NCBI RefSeq assembly: GCF_011045215.1 | Contig: NZ_CP049201.1 | DNA length: 64,000 nucleotides | Strand: one strand, 5' to 3' | Source: Escherichia coli | GTDB lineage: Bacteria > Pseudomonadota > Gammaproteobacteria > Enterobacterales > Enterobacteriaceae | Notes under the pieces: model-generated | What the model was told of the DNA's origin: nothing | The model's input: only the letters and a program-made list of their open reading frames with translations | Databases searched by the model: none | Program-made: the position numbers and the translations under genes | In this document: positions 42,443 through 57,131 of the stretch, one piece after another | Layout: each line of letters begins with the position of its first letter | Position numbering within the stretch: position 1 is the stretch's first letter

Positions 42443-43372
42443 ATGCAAAACGCAGGCAGCCTCGTTGTTCTTGGCAGCATTAATGCTGACCACATTCTTA
42501 ATCTTCAATCTTTTCCTACTCCAGGCGAAACCGTAACCGGTAACCACTATCAGGTTGCATTTGGCGGCAAAGGCGCGAATCAGGCTGTGGCTGCTGGGCG
42601 TAGCGGTGCAAATATCGCGTTTATTGCCTGTACTGGCGATGACAGCATTGGCGAGAGCGTTCGCCAGCAGCTCGCCACTGATAACATCGATATTACTCCG
42701 GTCAGCGTGATCAAAGGCGAATCAACAGGTGTGGCGCTGATTTTTGTTAATGGCGAAGGTGAGAATGTCATTGGTATTCATGCCGGCGCTAATGCTGCCC
42801 TTTCCCCGGCGCTGGTGGAAGCGCAACGTGAGCGTATTGCCAACGCGTCAGCATTATTAATGCAGCTGGAATCACCACTCGAAAGTGTGATGGCAGCGGC
42901 GAAAATCGCCCATCAAAATAAGACTATCGTTGCGCTTAACCCGGCTCCGGCTCGCGAACTTCCTGACGAACTGCTGGCGCTGGTGGACATTATTACGCCA
43001 AACGAAACGGAAGCAGAAAAGCTCACAGGTATTCGTGTTGAAAATGATGAAGATGCAGCGAAGGCGGCGCAGGTACTGCATGAAAAAGGTATCCGTACTG
43101 TACTGATTACTTTAGGAAGTCGTGGTGTATGGGCTAGCGTGAATGGTGAAGGTCAGCGCGTTCCTGGATTCCGGGTGCAGGCTGTCGATACCATTGCTGC
43201 CGGAGATACCTTTAACGGCGCGTTAATCACGGCGTTGCTGGAAGAAAAACCATTGCCAGAGGCGATTCGTTTTGCCCATGCCGCCGCTGCGATTGCCGTA
43301 ACACGTAAAGGCGCACAACCTTCCGTACCGTGGCGTGAAGAGATCGACGCATTTTTAGACAGGCAGAGGTGA
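42443..43372 (+). CDS. rbsK: Ribokinase
   Basis: Start taken at MQNAGSLVVLGSINADH; pfkB-family GG and DT motifs. Confidence 0.93.
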   Translation: MQNAGSLVVLGSINADHILNLQSFPTPGETVTGNHYQVAFGGKGANQAVAAGRSGANIAFIACTGDDSIGESVRQQLATDNIDITPVSVIKGESTGVALIFVNGEGENVIGIHAGANAALSPALVEAQRERIANASALLMQLESPLESVMAAAKIAHQNKTIVALNPAPARELPDELLALVDIITPNETEAEKLTGIRVENDEDAAKAAQVLHEKGIRTVLITLGSRGVWASVNGEGQRVPGFRVQAVDTIAAGDTFNGALITALLEEKPLPEAIRFAHAAAAIAVTRKGAQPSVPWREEIDAFLDRQR

Positions 43373-43375
43373 CGC

Positions 43376-44368
43376 TTGGCTACAATGAAAGATGTTGCCC
43401 GCCTGGCGGGCGTTTCTACCTCAACAGTTTCTCACGTTATCAATAAAGATCGCTTCGTCAGTGAAGCGATTACCGCCAAAGTTGAAGCGGCGATTAAAGA
43501 ACTCAATTACGCGCCATCAGCTCTGGCGCGTAGCCTCAAACTCAATCAAACACATACCATTGGCATGTTGATCACTGCCAGTACTAATCCTTTCTATTCA
43601 GAACTGGTGCGTGGCGTTGAACGCAGCTGCTTCGAACGCGGTTATAGTCTCGTCCTTTGCAATACCGAAGGCGATGAACAGCGGATGAATCGCAATCTGG
43701 AAACGCTGATGCAAAAACGCGTTGATGGCTTGCTGTTACTGTGCACCGAAACGCATCAGCCTTCGCGTGAAATCATGCAACGTTATCCGACAGTACCTAC
43801 TGTGATGATGGACTGGGCTCCGTTCGATGGCGACAGCGATCTTATTCAGGATAACTCGTTGCTGGGCGGAGACTTAGCAACGCAATATCTGATCGATAAA
43901 GGTCATACCCGTATCGCCTGTATTACCGGCCCGCTGGATAAAACTCCGGCGCGCCTGCGGTTGGAAGGTTATCGGGCGGCGATGAAACGTGCGGGTCTCA
44001 ACATTCCTGATGGCTATGAAGTCACTGGTGATTTTGAATTTAACGGCGGGTTTGACGCTATGCGCCAACTGCTATCACATCCGCTGCGTCCTCAGGCCGT
44101 CTTTACCGGAAATGACGCTATGGCTGTTGGCGTTTACCAGGCGTTATATCAGGCAGAGTTACAGGTTCCGCAGGATATCGCGGTGATTGGCTATGACGAT
44201 ATCGAACTGGCAAGCTTTATGACGCCACCATTAACCACGATCCATCAACCAAAAGATGAACTGGGGGAGCTGGCGATTGATGTACTCATCCATCGGATAA
44301 CCCAGCCGACCCTTCAGCAACAACGATTACAACTTACTCCGATTCTGATGGAACGTGGTTCGGCTTAG
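43376..44368 (+). CDS. rbsR: LacI-family ribose operon repressor
   Basis: 330 aa, N-terminal [26 protein letters not shown]. Confidence 0.93.
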
Positions 44369-45761
44369 ATTTACGCTGTCTTTTGATCAAATTATTACCA
44401 TCGGTTGTTTTCAGAAGCATGAACATTGCTGCTGAAGCAACAGTAATAATGCCCATTGTGATAAACGTATAGTGGAATTGTTCGACAGTCGTTGTGCCTT
44501 CCATTCCTTCATAAACGCGAAGGACGGCCGCACTTACAGCTACGCCTAAACTGATAGACAGTTGCTGCGTGACCGCCAGAACACTGTTACCGCTGCTGGC
44601 GTTGTCATCGGTCAGATCGGCAAGTGTGATGGTATTCATCGCGGTAAACTGCGTCGACATAGCCATCCCTAATATAAACAACGGCAAGATCAGCATCCAT
44701 ATTGCCATTGCCGGTGATTGCAAAGAGAACTGAGCGATCATTAGCCCAATAATCACCGTGATCCCCACTAATGTATGGCGATAGCCCAGACGACGTAAGA
44801 CTTGGGTAACCATCGATTTTGCAATAATGGAACCTAACGCTGTCGGTGCCATCATACAGCCAGCAATAAACGCCTGATAACCAAATCCTACCTGTAACAT
44901 TAATGGCATAAGGAACGGTACACAGCCGGTCCCCAGACGGGTTGCAATATTGCCTACGATACCGATCGAGAAAGTGCGGGTTTTAAATAAATCTAATGAA
45001 ATTAATGGGTTTGGCGTGCGTCGTGCATGGAGAATATAGAGAAGCAGTAACCCGATGCTGGTGACAATTACCGTCAAGGCAATCCAGCTGGCGACAATCT
45101 TTTCCCCGAATAGCTCTATTCCGCTTGAGAAGAGAACAAGGCTGAGGCCAAACAGCAAAAAGCCAGTGATATCGAATCTGCGTCGTGCGGTGGTGAAATT
45201 GGGCATATGTTTGCGCGCGTAAAGAAGGCCCGCAATACCTATGGGGATATTGATTAAAAATATCCAGTGCCAGGTTGCCCAGGTGACCAGCACGCCGCCA
45301 AGAACGGGGCCTAAAATTGGCCCCACCAGACCCGGCATGGCGACAAAATTCAATACTGGAAGAAGTTCATTACGAGGATAAGCGCGCAGTAAGGCCAGCC
45401 GAGCAACAGGCATCATCATTGCGCCGCCTATCCCCTGAATAACCCGGAAGACAACCAGCTGTGGTAGCGAATTAGAAAGTGCGCAGGCCAGAGAACCCAA
45501 TGTGAACAGACTCACGGCAAGGGTAAAAATGCGACGCGTACCGAAGCGATCGGCTAGCCATCCGCTTACCGGAATAAGCATCGCCACCGTCAGCGTATAA
45601 CTGATGATGGCTGATTGCATCGCGAGAGGAGAACGATTAAGGCTATGAGCGATTGCGGGTAAGGCGGTATTCAGAATAGTGGCATCAAGTGCCTGCATGA
45701 AGAAGGCCATCGCCGCGATCCACGGCAAACCCGCCATACTGCGCTTCTTTTTATCGCTCAT
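44334..45761 (-). CDS. hsrA: MFS transporter HsrA (YieO)
   Basis: 475 aa, 14-TM-type MFS; convergent with and overlapping the rbsR 3' end. Confidence 0.88.
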
Positions 45762-45783
45762 TCAATGTCCTGTTATCGGGTTA

Positions 45784-46476
45784 TCACTTATCAGGTGAGC
45801 GTAGCAGCGCCTGACAAGCTTTAAATGCCGCGTCGCCATCGCTTTGGATAATCGCATCGACAATCGCCTGATGCAGATCCAGCTTTATCACTGTGTCGCT
45901 GGTAATTGACGTGAAGTAAGTGTGATAAACCGAATGGAATAGCGAGGCGAATGAGGTCAAAAACGGATTGGCGCTCATTTCATAGATATGCTCATGCCAG
46001 GCCATATCGACTTCGATCCAGCGTTCACGGCGAAAGTTCTCTTTTAATGCCGCCATTTCGGCCATTAACGTATTGAGATGCGCTTTCTGTTCCGCGGTGC
46101 CAACCGTTGCTGCCAGTAGGCAAGCTTGTGGCTCCAGACAGATACGCATAACCAGAAAGTGATTGATGACCTGATGAAAGTTCTCTTCTGTCATCCACCA
46201 GGTAAGCAATTCCTGATCAAGAAAATTCCAGTTCGATTGTGGCATGACCCGGGTACCAATTCGCGGTCGCGGTAAAACCATCCCTTTTGCCGTTAACGTT
46301 TTGACCGCTTCGCGTACCGCTGTACGACTCACTCCAAATTGCTCGCCCAGCTCAATCTCACCAGGCAAAATGGTGCCGGGTTCATATTCACCTTTTAAGA
46401 TCCGTTGCGCCAGCTTCTCAGCCAGAACATACGAAAGGTTTTTCTGTGCAGCTAACTGTTGTGCGCTTAAAGGCAT
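45784..46476 (-). CDS. yieP: GntR/FadR-family transcriptional regulator YieP
   Basis: 230 aa, N-terminal GntR HTH. Confidence 0.88.
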   Translation of the reverse strand: MPLSAQQLAAQKNLSYVLAEKLAQRILKGEYEPGTILPGEIELGEQFGVSRTAVREAVKTLTAKGMVLPRPRIGTRVMPQSNWNFLDQELLTWWMTEENFHQVINHFLVMRICLEPQACLLAATVGTAEQKAHLNTLMAEMAALKENFRRERWIEVDMAWHEHIYEMSANPFLTSFASLFHSVYHTYFTSITSDTVIKLDLHQAIVDAIIQSDGDAAFKACQALLRSPDK

Positions 46477-46629
46477 TACTTATCTTCCTTTTTCTTTTTA
46501 TTCCTCCTTAGTATGCCACCAGGAAGTGTGATTACGGTTGCAAAAACGGCAAATTGCTTGTTTTATGGCACATTAACGGGGCTTTTGCTGAAAAAATGCG
46601 CGGTCAGAAAATTATTTTAAATTTCCTCT

Positions 46630-46840
46630 TGTCAGACCGGAATAACTCCCTATAATGCGCCACCACTGACACGGAACAACGGCAAACACGCCGCCGGGTC
46701 AGCGGGGTTCTCCTGAGAATTCCGGCAGAGAAAGCAAAAATAAATGCTTGACTCTGTAGCGGGAAAGCGTATTATGCACACCCCGCGCCGCTGAGAAAAA
46801 GCGAAGCGGCACTGCTCTTTAACAATTTATCAGACAATCT
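46630..46840 (+). promoter_or_regulatory. rrnC tandem promoters P1/P2 with boxA antitermination element
   Basis: ttgtcagaccggaataactccctataatgcg (P1), ttgactctgtagcgggaaagcgtattatgc (P2), boxA tgctctttaacaa. Confidence 0.8.
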
Positions 46841-46956
46841 GTGTGGGCACTCGAAGATACGGATTCTTAACGTCGCAAGACGAAAAATGAATACCAAGTC
46901 TCAAGAGTGAACACGTAATTCATTACGAAGTTTAATTCTTTGAGCATCAAACTTTT

Positions 46957-48498
<1,542 letters not shown>

Positions 48499-48583
48499 CC
48501 TTAAAGAAGCGTTCTTTGCAGTGCTCACACAGATTGTCTGATAGAAAGTGAAAAGCAAGGCGTCTTGCGAAGCAGACTGATAC

Positions 48584-48659
48584 GTCCCCTTCGTCTAGAG
48601 GCCCAGGACACCGCCCTTTCACGGCGGTAACAGGGGTTCGAATCCCCTAGGGGACGCCA
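48584..48659 (+). tRNA. gltU: tRNA-Glu (UUC) in 16S-23S spacer
   Basis: GTCCCCTTCGTCTAGAGGCCCAGGACACCGCCCTTTCACGGCGGTAACAGGGGTTCGAATCCCCTAGGGGACGCCA. Confidence 0.97.
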
Positions 48660-48852
48660 CTTGCTGGTTTGTGAGTGAAAGTCACCTGCCTTAATATCTC
48701 AAAACTCATCTTCGGGTGATGTTTGAGATATTTGCTCTTTAAAAATCTGGATCAAGCTGAAAATTGAAACACTGAACAACGAAAGTTGTTCGTGAGTCTC
48801 TCAAATTTTCGCAACACGATGATGAATCGCAAGAAACATCTTCGGGTTGTGA

Positions 48853-51755
<2,903 letters not shown>

Positions 51756-51848
51756 ACAACGCCGAAGCTGTTTTGGCGGATTGAGAGAAGATTTTCAGCC
51801 TGATACAGATTAAATCAGAACGCAGAAGCGGTCTGATAAAACAGAATT

Positions 51849-51968
51849 TGCCTGGCGGCCGTAGCGCGGTGGTCCCACCTGACCCCATGCCGAACTCAGA
51901 AGTGAAACGCCGTAGCGCCGATGGTAGTGTGGGGTCTCCCCATGCGAGAGTAGGGAACTGCCAGGCAT
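51849..51968 (+). rRNA. rrfC: 5S ribosomal RNA
   Basis: TGCCTGGCGGCCGTAGCGCGGTGGTCCCACC...CTGCCAGGCAT, 120 nt. Confidence 0.98.
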
Positions 51969-52020
51969 CAAATTAAGCAGTAAGCCGGTCATAAAACCGG
52001 TGGTTGTAAAAGAATTCGGT

Positions 52021-52097
52021 GGAGCGGTAGTTCAGTCGGTTAGAATACCTGCCTGTCACGCAGGGGGTCGCGGGTTCGAGTCCCGTCCGTTCCGCCA
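52021..52097 (+). tRNA. aspT: tRNA-Asp (GUC)
   Basis: GGAGCGGTAGTTCAGTCGGTTAGAATACCTGCCTGTCACGCAGGGGGTCGCGGGTTCGAGTCCCGTCCGTTCCGCCA. Confidence 0.97.
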
Positions 52098-52105
52098 CCC
52101 TAATT

Positions 52106-52181
52106 AGGGGCGTAGTTCAATTGGTAGAGCACCGGTCTCCAAAACCGGGTGTTGGGAGTTCGAGTCTCTCCGCCCCTGCCA
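52106..52181 (+). tRNA. trpT: tRNA-Trp (CCA)
   Basis: AGGGGCGTAGTTCAATTGGTAGAGCACCGGTCTCCAAAACCGGGTGTTGGGAGTTCGAGTCTCTCCGCCCCTGCCA. Confidence 0.97.
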
Positions 52182-52184
52182 GAA

Positions 52185-52218
52185 ATCATCCTTAGCGAAA
52201 GCTAAGGATTTTTTTTAT
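52185..52218 (+). terminator. rrnC operon rho-independent terminator
   Basis: atccttagcgaaagctaaggattttttttat hairpin plus T-run. Confidence 0.8.
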
Positions 52219-52276
52219 CTGAAATAACCCTCTCTGAAGTAAATCCTTCTACCGGCATCCTTGCCAGCCATTCAGA

Positions 52277-53116
52277 TTAATACACTTCATCCAGCACGTT
52301 AATTTTCAATAGATCGCGAATCAACGTATTTTTATCGCTATTTTGCAGCCATATGGCATAAAGCGGCCGTGAAAGTGTTGTGCTATCGACAACGGTATGC
52401 AGGCCGCCTTTTTTACGCGCCCAGCTGACGGGTAGCCAGGTGCAACCATTAAGCATCGCAATCTGTTGCTGTGCCAGTTCAGCAGAACTGGTTGTCAGAA
52501 TGGGCACTTCGTCAGCACCGATCAAACCTGCCTCATGCTGTTGAAAATCTGGCCCCCACTCCAGTCGCAGATAGTTAAGATCTCCCTTTAGTTTAGAAGG
52601 GGCACTGGTATAAAGCGCTAAAGTGAAATACCCCAGCAACTGACTACTAAATTCGTCCATTTTGGGCGCTTCAGTGGTAATAAGAAGATCAAGCTGGCGT
52701 TCATGCAGCTGTTTTACCAGAGACTGCCGTTGGGCAATTCGCGCTTCGAACTGTAAGCCTGTATGGGCATCCTGATTTTGATACAAACGTCCCAGCCACT
52801 GATTAAGCATACATTCCCACAATGAGGCGCTGGCACCGATAGAAAACTCGTTATGTCGTGAGGTATGCGCCACCTCCTTACGGGCGGCCTGCCAGGTGCT
52901 CATGAGCGTTTCTGCATAAGGCAGTAGTTTTTCACCGGCAGCGGTTAAACGGATATTGTTTCTGTGGCGGGTGAAAAGGTTCACACCCAGTTGATTTTCC
53001 AGTTGTCTGATTCGAAAGCTCACTGCTGACTGGGTCAGATAGAGCGATTCAGCCGCTCGACCAAAGTGACGCGTTCGGCTAACTTCCAGGAAAGTTTTTA
53101 ACAATTCCGTATCCAC
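52277..53116 (-). CDS. hdfR: LysR-family regulator HdfR
   Basis: 279 aa, N-terminal Lys[40 protein letters not shown]. Confidence 0.92.
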   Translation of the reverse strand: MDTELLKTFLEVSRTRHFGRAAESLYLTQSAVSFRIRQLENQLGVNLFTRHRNNIRLTAAGEKLLPYAETLMSTWQAARKEVAHTSRHNEFSIGASASLWECMLNQWLGRLYQNQDAHTGLQFEARIAQRQSLVKQLHERQLDLLITTEAPKMDEFSSQLLGYFTLALYTSAPSKLKGDLNYLRLEWGPDFQQHEAGLIGADEVPILTTSSAELAQQQIAMLNGCTWLPVSWARKKGGLHTVVDSTTLSRPLYAIWLQNSDKNTLIRDLLKINVLDEVY

Positions 53117-53234
53117 AGTGCTCTCCGCAAAATTATTTGTCGTTATGATTTAAATGTTTTGTTTTACACTCTGTCAAGCGTAACTAATACTCCGCGCCAT
53201 AACTAGCTCGGTCAAAGAATTAGGAGCGTGCAGG

Positions 53235-53573
53235 ATGGCGGAAAGCTTTACGACGACTAATCGATATTTCGACAATAAACATTATCCACGTGGATTCTCT
53301 CGCCATGGTGATTTCACCATCAAAGAGGCACAACTGCTTGAGCGTCATGGTTATGCCTTCAATGAGTTGGATCTTGGCAAACGCGAGCCGGTTACCGAGG
53401 AAGAGAAACTCTTCGTAGCAGTATGCCGTGGCGAACGTGAGCCAGTGACAGAAGCAGAACGCGTGTGGTCCAAGTATATGACGCGTATCAAGCGTCCAAA
53501 ACGTTTTCACACCCTTTCCGGCGGTAAACCGCAGGTTGAAGGTGCTGAAGACTACACCGATTCTGACGATTAA
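53235..53573 (+). CDS. yifE: YifE (MaoP) family protein
   Basis: 112 aa, [28 protein letters not shown]; synteny. Confidence 0.9.
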   Translation: MAESFTTTNRYFDNKHYPRGFSRHGDFTIKEAQLLERHGYAFNELDLGKREPVTEEEKLFVAVCRGEREPVTEAERVWSKYMTRIKRPKRFHTLSGGKPQVEGAEDYTDSDD

Positions 53574-53600
53574 TAAAAAGGGCGAAATGCCCTTTTTTTA
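53574..53600. terminator. Bidirectional terminator between yifE and yifB
   Basis: aaaaagggcgaaatgcccttttttt. Confidence 0.7.
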
Positions 53601-55001
53601 TGTCAGTAGTTTTTGCAGATGGATGAGCAAACGGTCAATCGCACGATAGCTAACTGCCTCCTGCAAATGCTGACGTGTGATAATGTCAGACTGATCAATA
53701 TCAGCAATGGTTCGTGCAACTTTCAATAACCGCTGCCAGGCACGAATCGATAACCCCAGATGGATCAGCGTTTCTTCCAGCCACTGCGCATCTTCGCTCT
53801 CAAGCTTGCAGAATTTGCGTATTTCCGGACTATCCAGCCAGGCATTCAGTTTATTCTGCCGCTTAAATTGGCGCTCTCTGGCGGCCATTACGCGTTGTTT
53901 AACGGTGGCGCTGCTTTCTCCCGGCACTACCGTTTTACTCAAAATGCCGGGGGGTGGTAATGGGATCTCCAGTGAGAGATCGAAGCGGTCGAGAAAGGGC
54001 CCCGAGAGCCGGTTGAGATAACGTAATGTCTGTTCTGGCGTGCAGCGGTTATGGTTTCCCTGATAATGTCCGGTAGGGCTGGGATTCATCGCCGCAACAA
54101 GCTGGAAACGGGCTGGATAGGTTATTTTTGCTCGTGTGCGTGAAAGATGGATCTGCCCGGATTCAATCGGCTCTCGCAAAGCATCCAGTGTACGCCGTTC
54201 AAATTCAGGTAGCTCATCAAGAAAAAGCACGCCGTTATGCGCCAACGAAATTTCACCAGGCCCTGGAATTGCACCACCGCCCACCATCGCAGTTAACGAC
54301 GCACTGTGATGCGGTGAGCGGAACGGGCGCTGCCGCCATTGTTTTTGTACTGATTCAGCATTTACCAGACTTAATATCGCAGCGCTCTCCAGTGCCTCTT
54401 CATTGCTTAAATCTGGCAAAAGACCATTAATACGGCTGGCGAGCATTGTTTTACCTGTTCCCGGCGGTCCAATCAGTAAAAGGTTGTGCCCACCAGCGGC
54501 GGTAATTTCCAGTCCTCGCTTTCCTTGCTCCTGACCGACAACATCACTGAGATCATGTTGTAGCGCCCGGGATACTGCATCAGTTGGTTTCGGGCGTTCG
54601 AGAGTGTGCTTACCTTCCAGAAACGCACAGACAGCCTGCAGATGATCGGCTATCAAGCATCCTTCTCCGTTAATTAGCCCCACTTCATCTTCGTTATCTT
54701 TCGCGACGATAATTTTTCTGCCCGACTTAATAGCTTCAGTTGCACTGGAGATTGCGCCGGGAACGCCACGCAGAGCGCCTGTAAGCGCCAGTTCTCCGAC
54801 TAATTCATATTCATCTAACTTATTGGCTGTAAGCTGTTCTGAGGCCGCCAGCAACGCAATGGCGATAGGTAAATCATATCGTCCCCCTTCTTTTGGTAGA
54901 TCGGCTGGAGCAAGGTTAATGGTGATTTTTTTCGCCGGATATTCATATCCGCTATTTATAACTAAATTCGCATAACTTATTGAATCTAATTGATAAATCA
55001 C
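53598..55001 (-). CDS. yifB: YifB/ComM Mg-chelatase-like AAA+ ATPase, 5'-truncated with an element-derived 14-codon N-terminus
   Basis: ORF begins MIYQLDSISYANLV and then joins the conserved INSGYEYPAKKITINLAPADLPKEGG; the remembered native N-terminal ~45 residues (MSLSIVHTRAALGV...) are absent; Walker A GPPGTGKT present. Confidence 0.8.
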   Translation of the reverse strand: MIYQLDSISYANLVINSGYEYPAKKITINLAPADLPKEGGRYDLPIAIALLAASEQLTANKLDEYELVGELALTGALRGVPGAISSATEAIKSGRKIIVAKDNEDEVGLINGEGCLIADHLQAVCAFLEGKHTLERPKPTDAVSRALQHDLSDVVGQEQGKRGLEITAAGGHNLLLIGPPGTGKTMLASRINGLLPDLSNEEALESAAILSLVNAESVQKQWRQRPFRSPHHSASLTAMVGGGAIPGPGEISLAHNGVLFLDELPEFERRTLDALREPIESGQIHLSRTRAKITYPARFQLVAAMNPSPTGHYQGNHNRCTPEQTLRYLNRLSGPFLDRFDLSLEIPLPPPGILSKTVVPGESSATVKQRVMAARERQFKRQNKLNAWLDSPEIRKFCKLESEDAQWLEETLIHLGLSIRAWQRLLKVARTIADIDQSDIITRQHLQEAVSYRAIDRLLIHLQKLLT

Positions 55002-55386
55002 ACTATAAATAACGTTAGAAATCGCAAATTAACTACACCATTAACTACACCGTTCGGTGCACTGTATGGAACAACTTGGAACAAATAGACACAAGCGATA
55101 TACAGGAAGGGACAATTTTTCTATGCAGATTTGCATAGTTCCAAATGAAGCTGGTGGATGATCAGGGATAACCCGATATGGGAATCCCCATATCGGCATC
55201 GCGTAGTTAATCGTAGTGGCTACCGTAGTAGCCTCCGTAGTTGAGTCGCAGGGATGTAACAACCTGCCAGGAAGGAAATGATCGTGACTCGCCGTGACAT
55301 GACGTGATTAATCGTGACACCAAACAAAAAGCCTTACCCGTAGGCTTAATGCTTGGCTTGACTGTAGGCTTACCGTAACGCGCCGC

Positions 55387-55566
55387 TCACCGTCGCAGCC
55401 TGTCCGGTTTCCGCCACTGATACGGCCTCACATTATCATGCTGGTGGCGTTCCTGTTGCAGCACAACGGAAACAGGCGCTGAACACCTGTTAATTTTGCT
55501 TGCTGGTTGTTTGATTCCGGCAATGCTGCGGATCATCTTCAGCAAATCGGCTTCGGTGATGGTCAT
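55387..55566 (-). CDS. Possible small protein (59 aa) near element end
   Basis: Minus-strand ORF MTITEADLLKMIRSIAGIKQPASKINR... hand-translated; below ORF-track threshold; no clear RBS. Confidence 0.25.
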   Translation of the reverse strand: MTITEADLLKMIRSIAGIKQPASKINRCSAPVSVVLQQERHQHDNVRPYQWRKPDRLRR

Positions 55567-55589
55567 GGTTTACACCTTAGGAAATCTTA

Positions 55590-55860
55590 GGGGGCTGGTT
55601 GACACTTTCCGGCTTAAGACCTTAACAAACCTTAACATCGCAGGTTGACACACTTGACACTTTTTCGCGAAAAACCTTATCAAACCTTAGCATTTCTAAG
55701 CATGGCAACTTGACACTTTTCGCGATTTTTTTCGGCTTTTTGACGTGGTAAATCTGGCGCAAGGCCAGTAACGGCGGGGCTTACAGCGAGGTTGACACTT
55801 TTTCGCGTTCAGAGTGTAAAGTGTCAACCCGGCAAGCTGCTCAACTTGACACTTTTTGAT
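55590..55860. repeat. Array of at least 7 TTGACAC(T)n CGCG iteron-like repeats
   Basis: ggttgacactttcc, ggttgacacacttgacactttttcgcg, cttgacacttttcgcg, ggttgacactttttcgcg, gtgtcaacc (inverted), cttgacactttttgatg. Confidence 0.8.
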
Positions 55861-55861
55861 G

Positions 55862-56389
55862 TCATTGATGGTCTGATTTTTCCCATTCAGCCAGGGCGTT
55901 TAGCCCGGCTTCACTCCATGATTCCAGTTCATCGGCATAATCACCTGCAACATAGCAGAGTTCGCAACGCAGCATACGAATTGCCAGCCTGGCATTACCT
56001 CGCAAATTGTATTGTTCAAAGTAATGCTGCCCGTCGCAATCCTCAAGGCAGATAGCACCATCATCAAGAAAGTGCACTTCCCAGCCTAATTCCCCGGCTG
56101 CATCCAGCACACGCTGCTGTATGCCCTCGTCCGTTGCTGGCGCAGGAATTTTACCGTCTCTGGCCTTAACTGCTTTCCAGAACTCGCCCCACGTCATTTC
56201 CAGCGTTCTCTCTGGCCACATTTCAGAAACTGTGTCTTTTCCCTGTGCTGGTGGGCTGTTCCGCTGCTCTGTCGCTTCCACATCGATTTTTTTACCGGAC
56301 ATGACCACTTCGCCTTTCTCGATCCAGTCGTAAACTGTCTGGCGGCTTACGCCTTTGTGTTTGGCATATTCTGCCTTACTCATCAGCAT
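55862..56389 (-). CDS. HTH protein resembling phage small terminase subunit / packaging-redirection protein
   Basis: 175 aa; N-terminal MSKAEYAKHKGVSRQTVYDWIEKG helix-turn-helix typical of TerS-like proteins. Confidence 0.55.
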   Translation of the reverse strand: MLMSKAEYAKHKGVSRQTVYDWIEKGEVVMSGKKIDVEATEQRNSPPAQGKDTVSEMWPERTLEMTWGEFWKAVKARDGKIPAPATDEGIQQRVLDAAGELGWEVHFLDDGAICLEDCDGQHYFEQYNLRGNARLAIRMLRCELCYVAGDYADELESWSEAGLNALAEWEKSDHQ

Positions 56390-56395
56390 TATGAC

Positions 56396-57067
56396 TCACC
56401 CTTCTTTTTCCAGTTGAGCCAGCCGCCCGGATATTTCTTCCAGTTTTTCCAGGGCTGGCTTGCAGGCCGCATCAATAACGTCCCGGACCATTCCGGCAAG
56501 CTGCTCTTCTGCTGTCGGCGTTGTTACCTCCACACCCGATGGTTTCCCATCCTTATCCCATACGCCCAACGGTACGAGTGCAACGTGATCGATAAGAAAT
56601 GGCGTACCCTCAATAAAAAAATTGTCCTCGCCCATTACATCAGGAACTTCAGCCCCACCGGACGCACCACAAAACACAACCGACGGACTGGTGGATACCT
56701 CCCCCCGTGCTTTCTGGATGTAATCGATGATTTCCTGCCCGTAAATCCGGCATACGCCCCACACCTCGTCACCGCGAATATACGGCAACATGACGGTGCC
56801 AATAATGCGCGACCGTTCGCCCACGTCTTCAAGGGTTTTGCTTTCGGGATGGTCGATAATGACGGGTACTCCGGCGCAACGTTCCAGGAACTGCGGATTG
56901 AGATAAGTTTGCGGTGAACGCCAGACAAATTCTTTTTCTTCGGCGCGGTAGGCCATTCCGGTTCCTGTGATACGCAGGTTAACCAGCCACATGTTGGAAA
57001 ACTGATAAGGCGACGGTAGCTGTCCGTCCCGAATCTGCTTCGCCGCCTCAATTTCTGTTAAAAGCAT
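56396..57067 (-). CDS. Hypothetical protein (223 aa), element cargo or morphogenesis
   Basis: ORF with host-like GC, tightly spaced between neighbouring genes; no recognisable motif. Confidence 0.6.
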   Translation of the reverse strand: MLLTEIEAAKQIRDGQLPSPYQFSNMWLVNLRITGTGMAYRAEEKEFVWRSPQTYLNPQFLERCAGVPVIIDHPESKTLEDVGERSRIIGTVMLPYIRGDEVWGVCRIYGQEIIDYIQKARGEVSTSPSVVFCGASGGAEVPDVMGEDNFFIEGTPFLIDHVALVPLGVWDKDGKPSGVEVTTPTAEEQLAGMVRDVIDAACKPALEKLEEISGRLAQLEKEG

Positions 57068-57131
57068 AATGTTATCCGGTTATAAGCAATAAGCCCCGCC
57101 AAATCCGGCAGGGCTGAAATCAGCACGTTTT

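Noticed and set aside
55041-55262. 73 aa minus-strand ORF at the element-yifB junction
   Set aside because: No RBS, implausible composition; overlaps the junction and repeat region
55590-55860. Possible CRISPR array
   Set aside because: Repeats are about 16 bp with irregular spacing and no unique spacers of uniform length; no cas genes nearby. Better explained as iterons or binding sites
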